NCBI GenBank assembly: GCA_973895155.1
Contig: OZ316891.1
Location: 8,495,875-8,559,874 of the forward strand
Direction of reading: 5' to 3'
Length of the DNA stretch: 64,000 nt
Source: Marsupella aquatica
Lineage: Eukaryota > Plantae > Marchantiophyta
The notes beneath the pieces were generated by a model. That model saw nothing but the letters and a program-made list of their open reading frames with translations. It ran no database searches and was not told the DNA's origin. The first letter of the stretch is position 1, and each line of letters opens with the position of its first letter. Shown piece by piece: positions 12,291 to 26,289 of this stretch. A program made the position numbers and the translations under genes.

Positions 12291-15200
12291 CCTAGACACA
12301 TATTCCAACTATTGGATGGTTGAAACAATAATAATTAATGCAGTTTGGGGGGCAATTTAGTAAGAGTGTTTAATTTTGGGGATGACATAGTAAAAAATAT
12401 GCATGATTTCAAAACAGGCCAATCTTGCCTCCAACGTGCAATGTCCAGATTAGAGCATTTCCTATAAGTGCCTTCAAGTTATTTCTTCAAAAAGTTTGCG
12501 CCTTCAAGTTTAATCAAGCCACTCACCAAAGGGGTATCCAAGAGGCAAAACAAAGAGTGTGAAGCAGGGAAGTTTTTAGATGTGACAATTAGCCAGATTC
12601 CACCTCCATTAGAATCCTTAGCCACTTTTGGCTAACACTTACCACATACTTAGAGAATCACCGGCAAATTATCACAGAGATTTTGATATTTAGACTATGT
12701 TTGTGAGTAGTGATGGGCATGATTGGGGAGTCTAGGCACAAGGAGCCTTTCATGTGCATATGCACAGGTATTGAGTTGAAAGTTTTGTGCTGCTACTACA
12801 GGAGTCAAGAGTACCGTAAGGCCATCCCGAGTTGCACTGGACCTGCACAAAACCTTGATTCTTTTTCATTACAATGAATCACTCAAGGCCACATACTCTG
12901 ACTTCTCTTGTTTTCATTCTCATTTTAAAAACAATATGTACATTGAAAAGTCAATGTTGATATCACGATGCTTAGAATCTTATTATATAAGTGCAAAGAG
13001 AAGCCAGAGTAAAGGCTATGGTCTAGGGTGAAGCCTCTAGACCATGACTCTAGCCACACTGGCCAGGGTAGAAACCTACCATCAGGAGTGGTTAGGAAAT
13101 GAAAATAAGACATAATTATTGTTCTCTCAAAATGTTGACGTCCAAAGATAGGCATCAGGCTAGCTAGTATTCTTAAATTTTACAAGACTCACAAAGTTCA
13201 CTTATTGTGATGGGGTCCAAAAATGACCCCAAACCATATTCTTGTATGTATAGTGTACGTAGGCTTGGTATTCTCCAAAGTGTTGTGCAAAGTATTGTCA
13301 AAACAGGAATGCTTAATGTTCAGTCTATTGTGACCACAACTCGTCACTGGCCTGGTTTACTTATTGCATGAAAAGGGATGCCACTATGGTATGCTATGCT
13401 GTAGGACTACTTTGTGCATTCTTCTTCTGCCTCAATCTATGGTTGTCTTTTAATGTGGCACGATAGTCCACTATTAGGATTTCTCTGTATATGGTTAAGG
13501 ACTGGAGCTGTCCCTTGATGCAATATAAAGGCAACCACATGTGGTCTACTGAATGTGAGGGGAGACCGCATGTTGGAGACTTTTTAATATTGCATTTAAG
13601 GGAGAGGCTCCGCTACAGTATTTAATTAAATCACTGGTTTGGCTTCCTTGTGCTCAGGTCTTGCTTCTTTCCTAATTCCAGCCTCCCTGGTTTTATGGGC
13701 ACCGCAACCTCCAGTCCACCCCGGGTGCCGGCCACCTTTTGGTGGCCACCCAGCCATGTTGTATGCTGGATTTTTGAATGAATTTCAATTGGCTTTCTTA
13801 GGCCAAATAAAAATGTATTGTGCAGTGTGGAACCAGTTTCTGTAACAGACTACTTCTTGCAATGCCAACAATGGGAAATTTAGTTCTTTGTTTCCATCTT
13901 AGTCAATTCAAGAAGGCTCATTTAGTACAAATTCCTCCATTAGGCTATGGATGTGTCACCTCACAATAATTATATCTTTTTGTGACTCTTGACAAGGCAA
14001 GGGTCCTTCTTTACTTCAAATGTAGTAAATCTCTTCTCTATTTTTGCCTTGAAAACCAAAAGAAAACCCATTCAATATTATTTATAAAGAGCAAAGGGGA
14101 AACTAGAGTTAGATTGTAGGCTTTTAGAGTGAAGCCCCTAGACCATGACTCTAGGGCCCTACCAAAGTATATGTGCATAGGAGTGTGCATATAAAGAAGA
14201 TGTGCCTAGACATGATGGTATATTATGTATGATTATTTATTAATCATTTCATTAATATTTTAAGAATGGAAATATGGAATATATTCATTTTATTGTACTC
14301 TTCTCTACTCAAGTCAAATGGGTATTAGATGATAAACGTGGATAAAAGTTTATGCTCACGAGCATGCTATTTTATGTAAAGTAACCACAATGGGGACAAT
14401 ACTCATGGGATTTTATGTAAGGTAGTCACAAGGGAACAATACTCATGGGTCCCACAAGACCAAGAGCTAGAGAGTGTTGAACCAGTGCCCCAAAGAGGGC
14501 CTTAGGAACAACCAGGACTCCCACCATAATGAATCTATTTCAGCCTGTCCCAGCAAAGGTATAATCTGTTTCGATGCAATGTTAGTGAGCTATGGGCATT
14601 TATTTGCTGTGTGTAGATTTGGTGGGAAACATGCCACATGACAAATTACTTACATGGCTTTAAATTGGTCCTAGAAATTCAGATGGAAGAAGATTGTATC
14701 TTTCTAACTGCACACAGTGGGCCAATTGGTTAAAATCCATAGCTATCCCATCCACATTGACGTCCATAGCACCGGGACATCGAGAACTGCCGCCGAATCA
14801 CACAAGGAAATGTTGGATGAAATCGGATCAGTGACACAACGAGATTGTAGAACAGTTCTCAATTGATCAAACAAAAGTTTGAATAGGAGGACTGTTAACG
14901 ATGGCAATTGAGTGGGGAGAATCACATGAAAAGGTGGAGATATGTAGACAAAGAGTGCCTTGAAGGTGGTGGATGATGAATATGTGCAATCTTGTCAACC
15001 TCAACCTGGAGCGTGGTTGTTACTTGGATTCAGAAATCCAATGTCGTTCACAATCCACACTGGAGTTTTGAAAGGCAATTAGAATCATCCGCCAGTGAAT
15101 TCGCAAGGCACATTTGGCGTACCCCACCGAGAGACGTACCAACCCTCCCCGGCCCTCACCGAGTGAGTGACATTGGACATTTTAGTCGAAGACAGATGCA

Positions 15201-16192
15201 GTGCCAGATTTTTATAGTCGAGAGAACTGTAATCCAAGAGTTTTCTCCTCTGACAAGATTGAATTTTCATGCTTGATCCAGAATGACTTACAAGAACAAT
15301 GGAGAGCTTCAACATTGATCCATGCAATATGCAAAAAAGTATTTGATCCGCCCGATGGTGTTTCAGAATGTGCACACGAATAGCGTTGGAAACGGTTTCA
15401 ATGAGTACCATCACCGTCTTGTAGAGAAGGTGCAGATGAGTTGTTCATCCAGTTGAAAGTTCGTGGTGCCTGCGCAATTATAGGTTGCAATTGACATCTC
15501 TTAGATTAACCCTTCCAAAGAATTTCAATATTCTACTTGCACCGTGAGCAATTGAAAAGGAAATTGAGCTGCCACATATGACACAGAATGCAGGCATGGT
15601 CTCTGTTTTGGAGACTGCGAAACCATTAGGAAATGAACGAGGACCATGACTATGTCCTGCGACAAGGTTAGGCCCGTGAAATGCATCTCATCCACCAAGG
15701 TAGTAATTGAAAGGCTACAACTCTAGAAATCATGTAGCAAACTCAGAAGGAATTTGAACATTTAGAGCAAGCAAGCTCTCCGCATCGCAAACTTTGTAAG
15801 CTTCATTAACGAGAACCCCATTTATTGAACCGAGGGTTTTGCTGCAGTTAGGGTGGACCGTAGGCTTAGAAAACGTTGTCCGAGTGTTTTCTAGGAGCTA
15901 CACAACTACTGTACTCGTTGCTGACACGTCTGCATATCCTAGAGGGAACGCTTACGATCGATGCCGGACATGCTTGCTTGCTTCCACCTTTAGTGATGGA
16001 CAAGCACACACAGGCAACCGGTTTTACAATGACCTACGTCCATCCTTCGAGCAATGTCGCAATTCGATGAGATCCCGATGAGATTCCACATTCTTAACTT
16101 GCATACGGATCTAGACTGATTTGTGCAAATGGAATGTGAGGAGTGAATGACAACGTAAGTGGCGGCAGCGAACGAACTATGATCGACAAACC

Positions 16193-19100
16193 ATGGCGAG
16201 CCCTACAGTTGAAGCGCCAACAACTACCGATTCGCCAACACCACCCAGTGCAAGGTCTTCGTTATCAAAGCGAGTTTCGGTATCTAGCCCTCCTGCTTCA
16301 TCTCCTCAACAACGACAAAGCACTGCAGGAGCAATTGCAGAAACGGGGCCATCTCCACCATCAGAACCTCGACAAAGTGTTGGTGATGGAGCGCCAGGGT
16401 CGCCTCCCGCAGCAGCAGCAGTTGTACCTGGAGCACCAGGAGAGCCATCTCCACCTCGAAAGAGTGTCAGTGCAGGAGCACCAGGAGAGTCGTCTCCATC
16501 ACCTCAACCTCGAAAGAGTATCACTGCAGGAGCACCAGGAGCACCAGGAGCACCAGGAGAGTCATCTCCATCATCTCAACATCGCAAGAGTGTCACTGCA
16601 GGAGGAACGCCAGCAGGGTCCCCTACCACGCCAGCTTCTCCATCATCGCAGAGTCCAGCGCCTTCTACTCCTGGGTCGACAAAGGAGGTCTCAGGGGAGC
16701 CAGTCAAGAAAACTCCTCCAACGGGATGGGATTATTCCCAGCCCTTGCCAAATCGCTTCTTCAGGCCGTCTCTCACGGACTTATGTTTTCCAGTTCTGGC
16801 CAAAAACTTTGCCAAGTTCCCGGGATTCGGCAATCTTCCTCCAGATGAACGATTGCGGGTGGTCGACGAAATTGCGCTGGATTTGCCTCTCAATCTCGCT
16901 GCAGATGTCAGTTTTCCTAAACTCATCCTCGTCTCCATTCGCGTACCCCAATTCCATTTATCTTCAAATCGAGACTCCTCATTTTCATCTCTATCATTAG
17001 CCCACTTCCTCATCGAAGGTTCTCACACTTCAACAAAAATATGATATCTCTGGCGTTTTCTCTCTTGTTGTGAACATTAAACTCTGAAATAAAAATCTCA
17101 CTTTTGCTACGCATGCATCTGGTCTTTGTCGAATTAAAACGCAAGCTTGCAAAGATGATCTAGTTCACTATTCCTTCATCAGTGAATTCATTGCCTTCAA
17201 ACCCACTAATTAAGTGAGGGCCCACGAAAAGGACCCTTGACTGATTGATAAACTCCGAGTCACGCTCTACCTTTGTTGGCCGTCTGAACAGCTAATTCCA
17301 GAGGAACCATACTGGAAAAGGAGAGTACAGGCCAAATGGAGGAACTGTGACATAAACGCGCATGGACGGTCGTGGAAGCAGCTCTTCTTTGAGCGCAATC
17401 TAGCAGAGGCTTTAGAGAGGTGGGCATGATAGCAATCTTCCTGATCTTGGCTTCCTGATTCAAATTTACGCAACTTCAATGCTGTCCAAGCCAAATCTGG
17501 GATAAATAAATTCGACAAATTACGGAACAGAAATTGTGAGCAGTTGTCCCATTATTGATTATCATATCGTCTGCACTTTCCCTTGGTTGGTGAAGACCAT
17601 GGGGGCGGGGGGTGCGGGGTTTCTGGCCATGAAGGCCGTTTCTAAAAAGAAAAGTCCTCTCGCTCACCTACTCATAGAAATGTATAGATTGTAAAATGCC
17701 AATGATTTGTACCGGAGATTCAACTGCATGAGGGTCGATGTGCTGCAGATTTGATCGAACAGTTGATAAGGAGTCGAGCTTGGAGGAGCTCATCAAGACC
17801 AGTGCACCCTATGTACATAATCTAGATATTGTGGAGCTTCCGTCTCACATCAGCTTTCTTCTCCTGTTCAACGCACTAAAAAGGTCGTTACAATTATAAT
17901 GTTTATGATTTAACCATTTAGGACCCTCGTGATCTTGAAAATCAGTGTTGAAACCTACCAGCCTGCCGATTGCCAACCATATCTCTGTGGCTTTCTCTAT
18001 CGAATATGACAATAGGTATTCCATCCAGAACAGTGGAAAGGTGGAGACTCTGCATAAGGTCCTTTTTTGCAGGTCGGCTTAAGTAACGGTTTCTACTACC
18101 TGGCCATGTTAAGCTTGAAGGTCACGAGTGGGGTCCTTATTTGAAGTAGAATTCAAAGTTAAAAGCTCCAAAACATCATCATCGGGAGCCGGAAATTAAG
18201 TGCTTAGAGGGGCAAGCAATCGGGCTTGAGCGAGGAATTGACTGAAAGTGTCTGTAGATAGGTGTGTTGTGCAGGGATTTGACAGGCCTTCGAGTGAATT
18301 TTGGGAACCCGAACTGTGGATGGGACTACAATCGGAAACAATGGGGCATAAAGCGCTCCGACTGCCTCTCTTTGTCTGCAGCTCTATCAGTCACCACTAC
18401 TCTGACTTCTCTCCATCTCTCTAGCAACCGCATCGACCCTAAGAAGGTTGGTGAAAAGTTCGCCCTGTCTGGAAATTTTACCTTGAGTTCCAGAAATGGG
18501 AACCTGTATGATCAATTGAAACTCGTTTATGAGATGCATCACTACAACTTAGCCTTGGATAATATATTCCCTTATCATGATGGTTTCCCTCCTACTGTCG
18601 GTTGCTTTGAGAAGGAAGATGGGGATCCTTGCAAAAGGATTGATGGCAAATCCGACTGTGGTGGACCTCGATCTCTCATCGAATTTCCTTTCGGATGAAG
18701 GCGTACGAGAAGTTGCCAAAGTGGTTACAGCTAACAATTCAGTATTGGGCATGCTCAACCTGGCCAGAAATCGCATAACTTCTCAAGGTACTACTGTCAC
18801 CAACTTACTGCTCATGGTACACTACATAATTTGCTTGACTTGAGTGGACTACTGAAGTCGCTACTGTCATTAAACTTGGCCTCCAACCAGAGAGATGGAA
18901 TCCATGGAACCTTGAAGATTATTGGAAGATTCGTCTATATGACCATCCTGTTGAGACTTACTGCCCTTGCACAAATTACTACAATTCTTGCTGAAGATTA
19001 AGCCCCAAGAATCATTCAATTCCCTCATGAAGGACTAGATATAAAAAGTTTGAAGACACAAAACTGCTCTTGGATCCATTGCAATGAATTTCAAAGAGGT

Positions 19101-20813
19101 TACATGTCAGCGCTCAAGCTTCAGATGTAGACATTTGTGGGGAAATGAAATATTTGTCTAAGGGCTGCCGAATGCAAGTAGATCTACTCTTACCAACATT
19201 GCCAATATCATTGAATACAAAACGTTGACAACAGCGCTGAACGAAATCATTCTATAATAAGGACTTCAATCGATCTGCAGGTTGTATATATCTGGCAGAG
19301 TGTGAGGATGCGAATAAGTCACTACTGTCATTAAACTTGGCCTCCAACCAGTTTGGTGATCTTGGTGGTAAAAGAATAATTGACTGGGCAAACAATAACA
19401 CAAGCATACAGGTTTGGCCCATCGTGACAAACTGCCGTGATTAACAGAAGTGTGCAAAAATCTCATTGAACTCACTACAAATGAACTCAAGCATGCACTG
19501 GGGCGAACCAATAATATTCATACAGATTTAAAAATGTTGCAGATTTAAGACTAAATTTTCTTATCTTCGGATGGAGTGGTAGGGTACAATAATGGACATA
19601 ACCTTTATGATCTCACACTTACATTCTTGTAATCCTAGTTTGTCTTCTGAAGTCTGCACGTCAAAGTACCTTACTATTGGATGGCATGGCATTGCAGAGA
19701 TTGAGTCTAGAATCCTGTGATATTGGGGAAGACAGTGCTCAGTCGTTCGTAAGACTAATGCATAACACCCACAGTGCACTGACATCTATCAACATGTCAG
19801 GCAATCATGCAATTGGAGTTAAGAACGGGGACCTGCTGTTGGCCGGCCTGGTATTTTACCCACTGGTCACTCCTGGAAATACTTGAAATTCACATGGAAT
19901 TGTTTGTAAGCATGAATGCTCTTTTGGCTAGAAATGCGAAGGACTTTGATCCAGAATTTCTTAATTTTGTCCAGGCTTCGTGTAGTTGCCCAGATTATGT
20001 TATTTCTGTATATTCTATGAGATTTTAGGAGATTTCCTGTCTCCTGGATTTGGACTGTGGACGAAGCTTGCGATCCGCTAAAAATGAAAAAGGGACTCTT
20101 ACTACATTCAAAGTACCTTACGACCTAGAGAAACTACAACCAGCATGTTCCTTAACAAATCATACAAAACAAATCTGCAGGAAGTCGGAAAGCAGATGAA
20201 GGAGCTCTGGATCAATAATTCTCAATGCGGGGAGGAGTTGGAAAAAAAGATCCTAACCTTCCTGGTGGAGAGATTGTTTGGAAGGACTTGCTTCCACCAT
20301 CCGGGTGTGAGAGAGGCCCAGGTTGAGGAGCCTGCTTCACAAGGGGTGCTTGCAAAAGAGGCCGAATTGCAGAAAACAGAAGAACAAGGAGAAGAAGGAG
20401 AAGAAGAAGCAAAGAAGAAAGAAGAGGAGGACGCCAAGAAAGAGAACGAAGAAGAAGATGATGATGAAAGTGAAGAAGAAAAGAAAGAGAGAGAAAAGAA
20501 GGAAGCAGAGAAGAAAGCACAAGAGGATGCAGCAGCTGCTGCCGCTGCTGAGGAAAAGGCACGCCAAGAGGCCATAGCTCATGAAGAGGAAGAAAACATT
20601 ATCCATGTTGGCCACGGTCATGATGAGGCCTGCACACTAGAGTGTTCACACATGGTGGGACTTCCCTCCACAAGCCCTCCACCAGAGCCAGTGGTGTACC
20701 CAGAGACAGCATACGCCTCTCGTGATGCTCAGGCAGCTATAAAGCAAATAGAAGATGCAAAGCCATATTGGGGGCTAGAGGCCATCAAGGACTTGAAAGA
20801 AAAGGGCACATGA
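16193..20813 (+). CDS. DRC5: Dynein regulatory complex subunit 5 / TCTE1-like LRR protein, 8 exons
   Basis: Predicted exons 16193-16906, 17292-17419, 17749-17883, 18275-18446, ~18619-18787, 19281-19411, 19698-19850 and 20181-20813 join in frame. PSLTDLC...LDLPLNLAA-LIPEEPYWKRRVQAKWRNCDINAHGRSWKQLFFERNL resembles the TCTE1/DRC5 N-domain. It is followed by RI-like LRRs (LTSLHLSSNRI, VVDLDLSSNFLSDEG, LLSLNLASNQFGDLG). Confidence 0.85.
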
Positions 20814-22679
20814 AAACATTGAAATGGAAGAGTTCTTGAGAAGATTTGTACTTGATGACATGAGATAGAGAGTCTACAACTTCCAAAAGGTACCAATAAT
20901 TTTATGGATGTGAAGCAATTCTACACCCCTCACGGCTATTAGTGTTACATCTAATTATTAATTAAAATGGGAAATTAGTGTTACCAACAAATAGGGCTTT
21001 TCTACACTAATTCAATCATACTAGGGCTAGGTATTTTCATGCAACCTGGGCACCCACCTTCTTTCCATTTGGGAAAAACATAATTGCTTAAAGTGCATGA
21101 TGTTTTTTATATAGGTACAACTAGTTCATCAATGTAGCCCTAATAGGGTTGAAGAGTGTAGGTCGCCATACTAGATTAATTGTGGGTTGACCAGCTACAG
21201 TAGACACCAGACCTTCCCGTGGACATGACAAAGAGGAGCTTTGTCTTCTTCAGTTTTTCCCTTGTTTTTTTTGGGGGGGGTAGAGTTTTAGTTAACTTCT
21301 ATCCCTCCTATTGTTATTCAGGGCAGTTTCTTCTGGTCACTGACATCTAATAGTTCCCTTCAACAATGTCCAAATGGCTCTGAATGGGAGCTGGTATACT
21401 CTTATATTTCTTCTACATTTTCCACAATAGCCCGCCTGAGTCTACCTTCCCACAAAAATGACACATCATATCCTAGTTTCTCATATTTTCAATAATTCTT
21501 TTCATATCATAGTCTATATGATATAGATCTAATATGATGAACTATGATATGAAAAGAATTAGATCTAAGTGAAGACTTCAAAAAGTTTGTGGAAAAAAAT
21601 TTCATTATTAGTTGATCACAAAAAATGCATTGGAATGTTCCAAAAAGGTTCCAGCTTAATAGGGGTAAATAAAATTAAAATTAACTAATTTAAAGGTGTG
21701 CAAGCTCTCAAACCACACAAGTGATTTGTCAACCTCATCAATCGAGCATATTTCTCCTCAAATCAAGGCTGCCATCTATATTTTGACCGTTTTACCTAAA
21801 CGATGCTGCTAAGCCAGATCTTCCCTCATGATAGTGTAGCCATTGATGTAATGAAGCAAACGACATAAAATAATATGTCAGGACTGTACTCTTGACATGA
21901 TTCTTCCAAAACCAAACTTTAGACCTGGTGTTTTGTGTGCACAAACTTAGAGACAGCAAATTTCAGTAGTCGGAGTTTTTGGCCATCCAAAAGATGGCCA
22001 AAAACTCCGAAAAGGCAGGCATGTGGCCTTCCCTAGCTTGCATTGCAAAAATGGTTTGGTGCACTAGGCACATAATTATGACAAAGACGTGGTTAGAGTA
22101 CAAGACCTTAGGGCAGTTTTATAAGTACCAAAGCAAATCTTTGGGCCATTTGAAATCCTAAAAATAGTGCACCCCGGGGTAAAGAAACGTTTGGAATAAT
22201 TTTTATGAACCTCAAAGACTTGTATTGTGATCTTCATATTGTAAAATCCGCCCAGAAGGGTTCCTCTGAGCTTTATAGTGGGATTGTTGGTTCTTTAGGT
22301 GTTTTGGGGGGGCTCTTTGGCTTGTTAGGCCTCTTGGGGTCTTTCCCCTCTTCCTCCCTCCCTTTATTGGCTGTTCTTGCCTTTGGGTCCGTGTCTCTCA
22401 ATTTGGAGCTTTGGTATTTTAGCACCTACCAGGCTCTTCAGTTTGCCTATATGTAATTCTTTGGTTTTTGCATATAATAAAGTACTGTTTGGACGGCATT
22501 ATGGGATATACTGCCCCTATGAGTTTTGAGCGGCTGTTATTGTCCATAATGTTCCAAATACAGGACCTTCATACTGGCCTGAGAGATTTTTCTTTTGTCT
22601 AATTTTAGTAAACTAAAGAGATGATCCAGATCTTGGCCTGGGCATTATGCTCCAAAATGCCCTGCAACAGTTTTTTTTT

Positions 22680-22945
22680 AAGTGGTAAAGTTTTGCTAGA
22701 TTTCACTTCCCCAAAAATTCTTGGCCAATGTTGGCAAAAGTCTGCTAATTTTTCTGTCTCATTTGCCATTTTCCCACCTACTCACAGGCCCGCTTACAGG
22801 CCCCATCAGCCAAAATCTAACATCTTTAAATCTACAGTAGGGAGATCTAACAGTGAAAACATAATTTGGGGATCTTAGATAAAGAATTTTCCTAATAACT
22901 TCTGCACAAACCTGACATTCCCCATGCTGGCTAATAAGGAAAGAC
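22680..22945. repeat. Dispersed repeat family (other copies at ~39085-39355 and ~58979-59195)
   Basis: Shared motifs TTTCACYTCCCCAAAA ... AATCTAAC ... AGGGAKATCTRAC ... CTGACATT ... GCTAA at three loci. Confidence 0.6.
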
Positions 22946-23238
22946 ATTCAAGATTACCCTTAAAGATTAGGCTGCCCTGGTAAATACAAACGAAACAATA
23001 TTCACTTCTATGAGTAAAGTGTTCAGAATTTAAGACTGTTCTGTAGCTCCTTTGGATTATAGTGATTATTGACCGGTGGAACAGCCAGTTCCCATCTGGA
23101 ATCAAAAAGAGTTTGTGTTACTAGAGGCGTCTGAACCCAACTTTTGGGGGATTATGTGTGTAAACTCTCTTTGAATCAAAACAACTTATGACTGTAACAA
23201 GAGGTGTCTGAACCTCACTTTTGGGGCGGGTGATTGTT

Positions 23239-23315
23239 AAAAAGCTCAGAATGAGATTCGAACCCGACACCTAAGAGTCCCCACTCTTCTGAGCTTACCG
23301 GTAGCCTATGGACTG
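23239..23315 (-). other. tRNA-derived / SINE-like Pol III-type sequence
   Basis: Minus strand has an A-box-like TAGGCTACCGG, a B-box GGTTCGAATC and a T-run terminator. It does not fold as a canonical tRNA. Confidence 0.45.
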
Positions 23316-24519
23316 CTGACGCTCAGAATCGCATTTTTTAAGTATTTGTTTTTAGTCTGCGGACAACTACCGGCTAACGGGAGAGGCCCGACACCATTTA
23401 ATGTGAAACTCATGATTTATAGAAGTAAATGAAACAATCCCAAAGTGCATTAAATTTTTGGTTTGTCAAGCTTTTTCCCGGGTTTTTCTTGGCTTTTTGC
23501 TTCGTTTGTTGCCTCCCATGATTGGGTCCTTCAGCTGTGGAATCCTGACTCCCAGGTGGGCGCCCCTTGTTATTCGCAATTTGATAAATATTCTTGGGTG
23601 GCAGATGAGTGGTCTCCCATGCGCGAGGCTGGATTTGCTGAAACCTTTGGGCCAGCCAGTAAGATCGTCCGCTTTTAATTAAACAATTAATTGGTTTCGT
23701 TTCCAACGCTCAGGAGCCAGTAAAAGCTCTCGGTGCCCATTTGGCATTTTGGCCATTTCGCTGTCAAGCAAATTAACGCCGTACTTACTTTAGGACGATC
23801 GTGTCCGCTTATCGAAGGGATGGATGGATTGATGGGTACGAATCTATTCCGATCGAATGGCTGACCTGTCCTCGTGTACAAGGGGGAATGATTTCGTGTT
23901 CGTGCGGACCCACCTAAAGCGCAATCCAAATAAATGATTATAGGCCGCTGGTGTGTGGCACCTCATTTACCCGACGTGTCGGTCTGGTAGCTCAGCGCAG
24001 GGCAGTCGTGTCCTGTCCAAGCGTTGTGTTGTGGTGATGTTGGAGGTCAAGCTTTCAATCAGAAAATATAAATAATAATAAGAAGTTGCGTCATTTTTTA
24101 AAGTGATCGTCATTCAAATTTAGCAAATATTTTTGAGTGAAAGAAAAGGGAACAGGAAAAAGAAAAATAAAAATAAATAAAAATAAAATAATGATTTCTC
24201 CTAGCAAAGAAAATGAATTTTTTTTCCCCTCTACGGTCCATGCTACTCCCTTTACCATCCATGCTAGTCTATGTTCCATGCCATATCATCCATGCACAAG
24301 AAGTGTTATATCATGAAAGAGGAGTTTAATTGCAAATATTACATAATCAACAAAATAGTGCACAACTAATCAATGAGACAAACAAGAGACAAAAAATAGT
24401 GAAAAGGAAGGAAGGAAAAAGAAGGGGGGGAAATGGGTGTTAAGGATTAAAAAAATAAAAAATGCTAAAAACCAACAAAAAAAACATTCTCATTTTGTTG
24501 TACTTTGGTGGTGTTGTTG

Positions 24520-24838
24520 CCTCTTTGTGTCATGACACCTTTCACTTGAGCAATTCTCTATGCAATGAGATCTGTCTAACAACGATATTGTCTGCATGTG
24601 TCGATGATATTTTTTCAACTACATCTTTAGCACAACGTCATCTATTACACATTGACCTCTTTTGCCGAATGATATCTTTTAGTAAACTATATTGTTTGTG
24701 CAAGGACATATTTTACTTAACTACATCTTCTGAGAAACACATATTATTTAATGACATTGTTTATTTAACAACATCTTAAATGCAACTACATATTTAGGCA
24801 ACAATATCTTTTGTGCAATGCACAGTGATTGAACTCGT
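24520..24838 (+). mobile_element. Non-autonomous Helitron 3' fragment
   Basis: ACATCTTT-rich tract like 40.1-41.3 kb, ending in hairpin TGTGCAATGCACA (24812-24824) and a degenerate CTCG-T terminus. Confidence 0.5.
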
Positions 24839-24849
24839 GGCTCAATAAT

Positions 24850-25200
24850 AAGGGGGGATTTTACAAGAACAAGTGGTCACTTATGCGAGTTTTTATGGCT
24901 AAAGGGGACTTTGCAAAGAATGAGGGGTCCCTTATACCAGTTTTCAATGGTTACAGACATAAGGGGGACTTTACAAGAATGAGATGATTTAAATGGTATT
25001 TAACAACGAGATGTTTTCAATCACTAGGGGGTCTTTGCAAAGAACGAGAGGTTGCTTGTAGGAGGTTTCAATGGCTAAATAATCTAGATAAATAAGGGGG
25101 ACTTCACAAGAAGACAATAAGGAGGGGTCACTTGAGTTTTTAATGGCTAAAAGAGGACTTTGCAAAGAACGAGGGGTCACCTAAACGAGTTTTGAACGAT
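24850..25200. repeat. Degenerate ~55-bp repeats
   Basis: Recurrent GGGGACTTT(G)CAAAGAA...GAGGGGTCAC...TTTTAATGGCTAAA. Confidence 0.6.
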
Positions 25201-26289
25201 TAAGAAATCTGAGATTTCTTCTCTATCTTATGTGAAGTAGAAAATAGAAAGAGCATTCGTTATCTATGTCAAGTAGAAGATGCCTAGAATGTACCTTATC
25301 TAGTTTTACTTTTCTGACCCTCCTAGAGTGAAGGGTAACTCTGAGATTCTGGACAATGAGCTCTGTGAGTAGGTGAGACCTAACTCGAACACCAAAATTC
25401 TGGCCAGTTTTGGCCTCAGTGGCAGGTACTTTTTAGGAGGATGGATTTTGGCCAATTTTGGCCAGAAGTGGCAAAGTACTTTTTAGTAGGATGGAATTTG
25501 GCCAATTTTGGCATTTAAAAAATAAGCTATGTTGGACCTCACGTTTGCATTGGGTGAGCACCGACCATATGTGCTCCTCTACTGTAGTTTGTGAAGCCCC
25601 TCTAACTGAGCTCGGATGTCCACGGAATTCTGTGGAACCCCGAAATTGGTGCTGTGTGACGTACGAGACGCTTTTACGATCGTTTGTACCAGCCACAGGC
25701 AGAGCGTCCTTCTGGCCAGGGGCTTCCCACCCGAAAATTCACTACTTTGACACAGAAATGATTAGAGCGAGAAGTTTTAGAGCTAGAAATATTAGCTACC
25801 TGGAAGATTAATCTGTAACGAGCAGCGAACCTCATCATTAGGCCAGAGTTTACATGATTATTCTGTAGAGATGATCAGGGGAATAACTTTTCAGCCAAAA
25901 TCCACCGTAGCCTCACTTCAAAGAATTTTTGGATTGGTGTATCAGAGCGTCTCAAACGTTAAAGATGTGGGCTTTGAGTCCGGTGTAGACTTGTGGTATG
26001 GGATGCAGACTTGAGATGTGTGCTATACTGAGTTAGCGATCACATTATTTTGCCCCAGGCTTCAAATGTTACAATATATGGGCTTTTAGTCTGCCCAAGG
26101 CTTGCTGCAAGGGCCACACTTGTTCTTTGTTCCTTTGTTAGCTTTTGGTTGGGGATTCCTTGGCTTGTTTGCCTTGGGGCCCTTTCCCCTCCTTTTCTCT
26201 CCCAATGTTATTGTTTGTTCCTTTGTTAGTTTTTGGTTGGGAACCCTTGGCTTGTTTATCTGGGGCCTTTTCCCCTCTTTTCCTCCTCT

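Noticed and set aside
14740-15800. Possible pseudogene or transposase relic
   Set aside because: Coding-like composition, but all frames I read are broken and no motif was recognisable.
16143-17000. 285-aa Gln/His/Leu-rich ORF
   Set aside because: Alternative frame over the repetitive DRC5 exon 1; the 16193 frame is the one that splices into the conserved exons.
20212-20621. Hydrophobic or Ser-rich antisense ORFs
   Set aside because: Shadows of the GAA-rich last exon of DRC5.
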